From assembly GCA_964583795.1 (NCBI GenBank), contig CAZOWX010000001.1, positions 30,569 through 94,568 of the forward strand: a stretch of 64,000 nt of DNA, given 5' to 3'. The notes beneath the pieces are model-generated. The model was not told the DNA's origin, did no database searches, and saw only the letters and a program-made list of their open reading frames with translations. Position numbers and translations under genes: made by a program. Shown piece by piece: positions 59,991-64,000 of the stretch. Within the stretch, counting starts at the first letter, position 1, and each line of letters begins with the position of its first letter. Source of the DNA: an uncultured Pseudomonadales bacterium (GTDB lineage: Bacteria > Patescibacteriota > Microgenomatia > UBA1400 > PJMF01).

Positions 59991-60057
59991 CTCGCCATAG
60001 CTTTACTGTGTCCTCTCGTAGTCCCGCAGTGCGGGACGAAGTGGGAGCGACGGCGGG
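59991..60057. repeat. GC-rich nested palindromic (REP-like) element
   Basis: Outer arms CTCGCCATAGCTT/GAGCGACGGCGGG enclose the inner TCGTA-GTCCCGC-AGT-GCGGGAC-GAAG hairpin. Confidence 0.55.
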
Positions 60058-60132
60058 TAAAGTTTAGGTAAATGCACAAGCCAATTTCTACACGTGCTCG
60101 CTTTTTCAAAAACAGCGAGAGAAAGGGCGTTT

Positions 60133-61527
60133 ATGACAGACACCACTGTCACCCTCGAACAAATTGTTTCTTTGACAAAACGCCGTGGTTTTGTGTTCAG
60201 AACATCAGAAATTTATGGCGGGCTAGCTAACTCTTATGACTATGGTCCTTTGGGAGCACAACTGATGCGCACCATTCGGAATTTATGGTGGCAAGAGCTG
60301 GTTGAGAAACGTGAAGATATGGTCGGCCTTGATTCACAAATTATCCTGCATCCACAAACTTGGGTTGCATCGGGACATGTGAGTTCATTTACTGACCCGC
60401 TGGTAGAAGACAAGGTTACCCACAAACGCTATCGAGCTGATCATTTAATAGAAGCCTGGGTTGAAAACCATCCGGACAGAGTAGAACCAGGTTTTGAAGT
60501 CGTGAATCTCAATCTTGATCAAATGGCTCAGTTCATCAACGATCAATCAATCAAAAGCCCGGATGGTAATGAGATCACTCCACCGCAGACGTTTAACTTA
60601 CTTTTTGAGACCTCAATTGGCTCAGTGAGTGGTGAAAAATCGAAAGTGTACTTACGCGGGGAAACCGCACAAGGAATTTTCTCTAACTTTAAACAAGTGC
60701 TCGATACGACTCGGGTGCAACTTCCGTTTGGGATTGGGCAAATTGGAAAAAGTTTCCGAAATGAAATTACCACAGGGCAATTTATCTTTCGCACGCTTGA
60801 GTTTGAGCAAGCTGAGATCGAGTACTTCTTTGATCCTGATTTGCTTCCTTGGGAACAAGCACTTGATCAATGGAAACAGATCATGTGGCAATTCGTCACT
60901 CAAACTCTCGGTGTGAAACCTGAGCACTTACGGTGGAGACAACATACCGATAAAGAGCGCAGTCACTACAGCAAGGACACGTACGATCTAGAGTACCTGT
61001 TCCCATTTGGGTGGAAAGAACTCTGGGGAGTTGCATATCGTACCAACTATGACTTGATGCAACATATCAAACGTTCAAAAGTTGCTCTTGAGTACACTGA
61101 TCCGTTTACTCAAAAAAAGTTGGTACCACACGTCATTGAACCCGCTTTGGGACTCAACAGGGTCTTTTTAATGGTGTTGTGTGATAGTTATTGGAAAGAT
61201 GAAACAAAAAATCGGACAGTGCTTCGCCTACAACCCAACATTGCTCGATATCAGGCAGCAGTCTTTCCATTGGTACGCAATAAACCAGAACTCGTTGATA
61301 AAGCCAAAACTGTGTATGAACAGTTGAAAAAACAGTTTAGAGTTGCTTGGGATGACCGTGGCAATATTGGAAAGCGCTATTTAAGCCAAGATGAAATAGG
61401 AACACCATGGTGCATCACAGTCGATTACCAAACTCTAACAGACGACACGGTCACTCTGCGCAATCGCGATACAGCGAATCAGCTTCGAGTTGCAGTGATT
61501 GATCTGGAGAAACAGTTGCAGTCATAG
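60133..61527 (+). CDS. glyQS: Glycine--tRNA ligase, alpha2 (homodimeric) type
   Basis: KRRGF...SEIYGG, YDYGPLG, W.ASGHV..F.DP, YLRGETAQGIF, GKSFRNEIT, HYS, VIEP, IGKRY..QDEIGTP. Confidence 0.96.
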   Translation: MTDTTVTLEQIVSLTKRRGFVFRTSEIYGGLANSYDYGPLGAQLMRTIRNLWWQELVEKREDMVGLDSQIILHPQTWVASGHVSSFTDPLVEDKVTHKRYRADHLIEAWVENHPDRVEPGFEVVNLNLDQMAQFINDQSIKSPDGNEITPPQTFNLLFETSIGSVSGEKSKVYLRGETAQGIFSNFKQVLDTTRVQLPFGIGQIGKSFRNEITTGQFIFRTLEFEQAEIEYFFDPDLLPWEQALDQWKQIMWQFVTQTLGVKPEHLRWRQHTDKERSHYSKDTYDLEYLFPFGWKELWGVAYRTNYDLMQHIKRSKVALEYTDPFTQKKLVPHVIEPALGLNRVFLMVLCDSYWKDETKNRTVLRLQPNIARYQAAVFPLVRNKPELVDKAKTVYEQLKKQFRVAWDDRGNIGKRYLSQDEIGTPWCITVDYQTLTDDTVTLRNRDTANQLRVAVIDLEKQLQS

Positions 61528-61532
61528 ACTAT

Positions 61533-61581
61533 AGAAAAGGGAGTGTTTATTTTCTCCACAACACTCCCTTTTCTTGTTTTT
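61533..61581 (+). terminator. Intrinsic terminator after glyS
   Basis: 15-bp stem AGAAAAGGGAGTGTT/AACACTCCCTTTTCT followed by TGTTTTT. Confidence 0.75.
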
Positions 61582-61661
61582 GAGGGAAAAACTCTGATCA
61601 TTGGATGAATCGTTCAATTTCAACCTTGCAACATCATCAACTTCTTTAGATAATGGCACTT

Positions 61662-62456
61662 ATGAAAAAACTCGGACTGCTCCTCATACTGCTGTTGGCT
61701 ATTACTCTTGGTGGATGTAAAAAGAAGACAACAGATGCTGCCCCGACACCAACACCAGCAAAGAAGAAAATCAGTAAACCAGTAAATCAGATTTCGTATG
61801 AAGAGCGTCCATACGTAGTAATGGTGCCCACACTCAATCGAGAAGTCGATGTCATTATTAAAACACTTCCAAAAGCTGCTGACGGAGTCGATTATTTGTC
61901 AGAGTACCAACATGAAACATCTTTGGGAGGCAACGAGCAGTTCATCGATCTGAAAAAAGGCCTACCTGCGACAAAGCAGTTCTCGTTGTATTCCAGAAGT
62001 GCTGGTGGAAAAACTAGCTACGAGGAAGATGTGAGAGGAGGCACTCTTACTCTGAATTTTACTGGACAAAATGAGTACACCCTCAAACAAGATTGGGCCT
62101 ACTATGATCGAGTAAACGCGAAAAGCTCAACCAAGACGAAGGCTTTACGATCACAAGATGGTCATTTTGAAATCAGTATCGATCCTTCAAATAAAATTAG
62201 TTACGTCATCATTTACAACTCACCCGGGAGCCCAATGCCCATGAATGGTAAACGATTATCAGAAGTGTATACAGTTGCCACCTCCAATGCTGTCACTAAA
62301 AAAGTCGATATCACTATTGAACTACCTGAGCAGGGAACTGGTAAGCTCTATGGTTGGGATGGTAAAGCGTGGACGCAGCTTGAATCTTCTGTCAGTGGCA
62401 ATGCTGTCAAGGGCACACAAGTTCCTTTCCTGGAAGCATATGTTGTAGCTCAGTAA
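61662..62456 (+). CDS. Hypothetical lipoprotein with PTPTP linker
   Basis: MKK plus hydrophobic core plus LGGC lipobox. Start is 61653 or 61662. Confidence 0.75.
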   Translation: MKKLGLLLILLLAITLGGCKKKTTDAAPTPTPAKKKISKPVNQISYEERPYVVMVPTLNREVDVIIKTLPKAADGVDYLSEYQHETSLGGNEQFIDLKKGLPATKQFSLYSRSAGGKTSYEEDVRGGTLTLNFTGQNEYTLKQDWAYYDRVNAKSSTKTKALRSQDGHFEISIDPSNKISYVIIYNSPGSPMPMNGKRLSEVYTVATSNAVTKKVDITIELPEQGTGKLYGWDGKAWTQLESSVSGNAVKGTQVPFLEAYVVAQ

Positions 62457-62481
62457 TCAGCTACAGTTCATTTGACACAGT

Positions 62482-62510
62482 AAGAGACCGTAAAACGGTC
62501 TCTTTTTTTT
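62482..62510 (+). terminator. Intrinsic terminator
   Basis: AAGAGACCGT-AAA-ACGGTCTCTT ending in a T8 run. Confidence 0.85.
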
Positions 62511-62603
62511 ACCTGTTGCATCCTCATAATTACGTTCAAAAACCCGATGTGTTTCGGGTCTTTTTCCTATTCTCAGTCGAGAAAAACATCGTACAATGAT
62601 TAG

Positions 62604-62623
62604 AGTGGTAAAAAGTGGTAAAT
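62604..62623 (+). promoter_or_regulatory. MraZ-binding direct repeats (dcw box)
   Basis: AGTGGTAAAA-AGTGGTAAAT, 10-bp period, just downstream of TACAAT (62592-62597) and upstream of mraZ. Confidence 0.7.
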
Positions 62624-62634
62624 AATCTCATAAT

Positions 62635-63075
62635 ATGTTTATCGGAAAATATTACCATCAACTTGAAGAGAAAGGACGAGTTTCATTACCCAAAAAGTTT
62701 CGAAAGAACGAACAGTTGATCATTACTAGAGGACTTGATGGCGGTTTGTTTTTATATCCTCAGAATGAGTGGATAAAAACAGTAGAACTATTATCCAAAC
62801 AACCGGATACCAAGCAAAAAAACCGTGACTATCTTCGCTTGATGACCAATGATGCTCAAGAAGTAGAAACAGATACTCTCGGAAGAATCACTATTCCAGA
62901 GTATTTACGACAATTTGCCAAGCTGACCAAGCAACTGGTGATTATCGGAAGCTACTCAAAAATAGAGATTTGGGACATGAAAACGTATCACGACTACCTG
63001 GATCGAATTGAAGGAAAAATGGAAGAAATAGCAGAAAGTTTAGATATAACGCCAGCCCAAGAAAGTCATTTGTGA
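62635..63075 (+). CDS. mraZ: Division/cell wall cluster transcriptional repressor MraZ
   Basis: MF.G.Y.H.L..KGR..LP..FR, TRGLDG.L..YP, D..GRI.IP, IEIWD. Confidence 0.96.
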   Translation: MFIGKYYHQLEEKGRVSLPKKFRKNEQLIITRGLDGGLFLYPQNEWIKTVELLSKQPDTKQKNRDYLRLMTNDAQEVETDTLGRITIPEYLRQFAKLTKQLVIIGSYSKIEIWDMKTYHDYLDRIEGKMEEIAESLDITPAQESHL

Positions 63076-63968
63076 AACACACAGCACTACACCAACCAGT
63101 CATGGTTGAAGAAGTCATAGAACATTTACAAATTAAAAAAAATCACTGGTACATCGATGCCACATTTGGTAGGGGTGGCCATACAAGAAAAATTTTAGAA
63201 CACGGTGGATGCGTTATCGCGTTTGATCATGATCAAGACGCAACAGAGTTTGCACAGGATGAGTTTCAGGGAGCAATTGACCAAAAGGAACTTATCATTG
63301 TCAATGAAAACTTTAACAAATTAACAAAAAGTATTAGTGAAAGGAAACTTACTCACCCAATTTCAGCCATTCTTTTCGATTTTGGGACATCTGTAGATCA
63401 ACTCAAGGACATCAATCGCGGCTTTTCATTTGAACATGATACGAAGCTGGATATGCGCATGGATAAACGACTTGGAATACAAGCAAAAGATTTACTTGCA
63501 ATACTGAGTGAAAAACAGTTAGAAGATTTGTTTCGCATCGACGGGGGAGAAGAAGAAGCCAGAGCCATAGCAAAGGCAATAGTACGGCAAAGAGAGCACT
63601 CACCGATCGAAACGACAGTACAACTTCGCGAGTTGATTGCAGCGAAAAAAAATCAAAAACGAACACATTTGAACCCAGCCACAAAAGTGTTCCAAGCCTT
63701 GCGAATTGCAGTCAACAGTGAGATGGAAAATATTGCCGAAGTACTACCTCAAGCACTTGATATGCTCGAACCAAATGGCCGGATCATCACCATCAGCTTC
63801 CACGAAGGTGAAGATCGAATCGTAAAAAATCAATTTAAAGAGTGGGAGCACCACAATAAAGGACAGCAGCTCACAAAAAAGCCACTACAACCAACAGAGG
63901 AAGAAATACATAAAAATCCAAGATCTCGAAGTGCAAAACTCAGAGTCTTCATCAAAAGCAACCTATGA
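63072..63968 (+). CDS. rsmH: 16S rRNA m4C1402 methyltransferase
   Basis: HQPVM, DATFGRGGH, RGFSF, LDMRMD, AT.VFQALRIAVN, NPRSRSAKLR. Confidence 0.96.
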   Translation: MKHTALHQPVMVEEVIEHLQIKKNHWYIDATFGRGGHTRKILEHGGCVIAFDHDQDATEFAQDEFQGAIDQKELIIVNENFNKLTKSISERKLTHPISAILFDFGTSVDQLKDINRGFSFEHDTKLDMRMDKRLGIQAKDLLAILSEKQLEDLFRIDGGEEEARAIAKAIVRQREHSPIETTVQLRELIAAKKNQKRTHLNPATKVFQALRIAVNSEMENIAEVLPQALDMLEPNGRIITISFHEGEDRIVKNQFKEWEHHNKGQQLTKKPLQPTEEEIHKNPRSRSAKLRVFIKSNL

Positions 63969-64000
63969 ACATCATCACATGTACCACCATACAAGCAAAA

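Noticed and set aside
59918-60109. 63-aa minus-strand ORF and the 60094 upstream extension of glyS
   Set aside because: The minus-strand ORF overlaps the T-box terminator and REP-like hairpins. GlyRS similarity and the GAAAGGG RBS favour ATG 60133.
62542-62565. Second hairpin ACCCGA-TGTGTT-TCGGGT followed by CTTTTT before mraZ
   Set aside because: Weak 6-bp stem that is redundant with the stronger terminator at 62482; not enough support to call.
279-63684. Numerous 60-120 aa ORFs nested in or antisense to the long CDSs
   Set aside because: No recognisable motifs; they are shadow frames of well-supported genes.
63965-64000. Start of a gene overlapping the rsmH stop (ftsL position)
   Set aside because: Only 12 codons are visible, so it cannot be identified.

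Overview
Gene-dense, AT-rich bacterial window. It most likely comes from a Patescibacteria/CPR (Microgenomates-like) genome; this is inferred from the expanded GT-C families, DUF4012, short RecO, alpha2-type GlyRS and many genes lacking Shine-Dalgarno sites. About two thirds of the window is a very large cell-surface glycosylation region: GT2, GT4 and eight GT-C (PMT/ArnT/PIG-V-like) genes, two Wzx flippases, an O-antigen-ligase-like protein, a priming phosphoglycosyl transferase, ManC, GalE-like and UDP-xylose-synthase-like enzymes, an acetyltransferase and a B12-binding radical SAM enzyme. Interspersed are a flavinylation-based redox module (RnfD/NqrB-like membrane protein, FMN-binding lipoprotein, ApbE, nearby flavodoxin), greA, ruvCAB, an alpha-glucan cluster (GT4-GH57-GH15-DUF1622-sugar kinase-pgi), a Lit-like transacylase, recO, glyS and mraZ-rsmH. 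The most striking non-coding element is a T-box riboswitch upstream of glyS. It has a canonical Gly antiterminator and terminator, but an apparently ultra-short Stem I with the GGC specifier in a 4-nt apical loop and no Stem II. Also seen are a nested REP-like hairpin, an inverted octamer-repeat array after ruvB, palindromic operator candidates and repeated leaderless-type promoters. I found no rRNA, tRNA, CRISPR array or mobile element. All family calls come from motifs recognised by eye, not from database searches.
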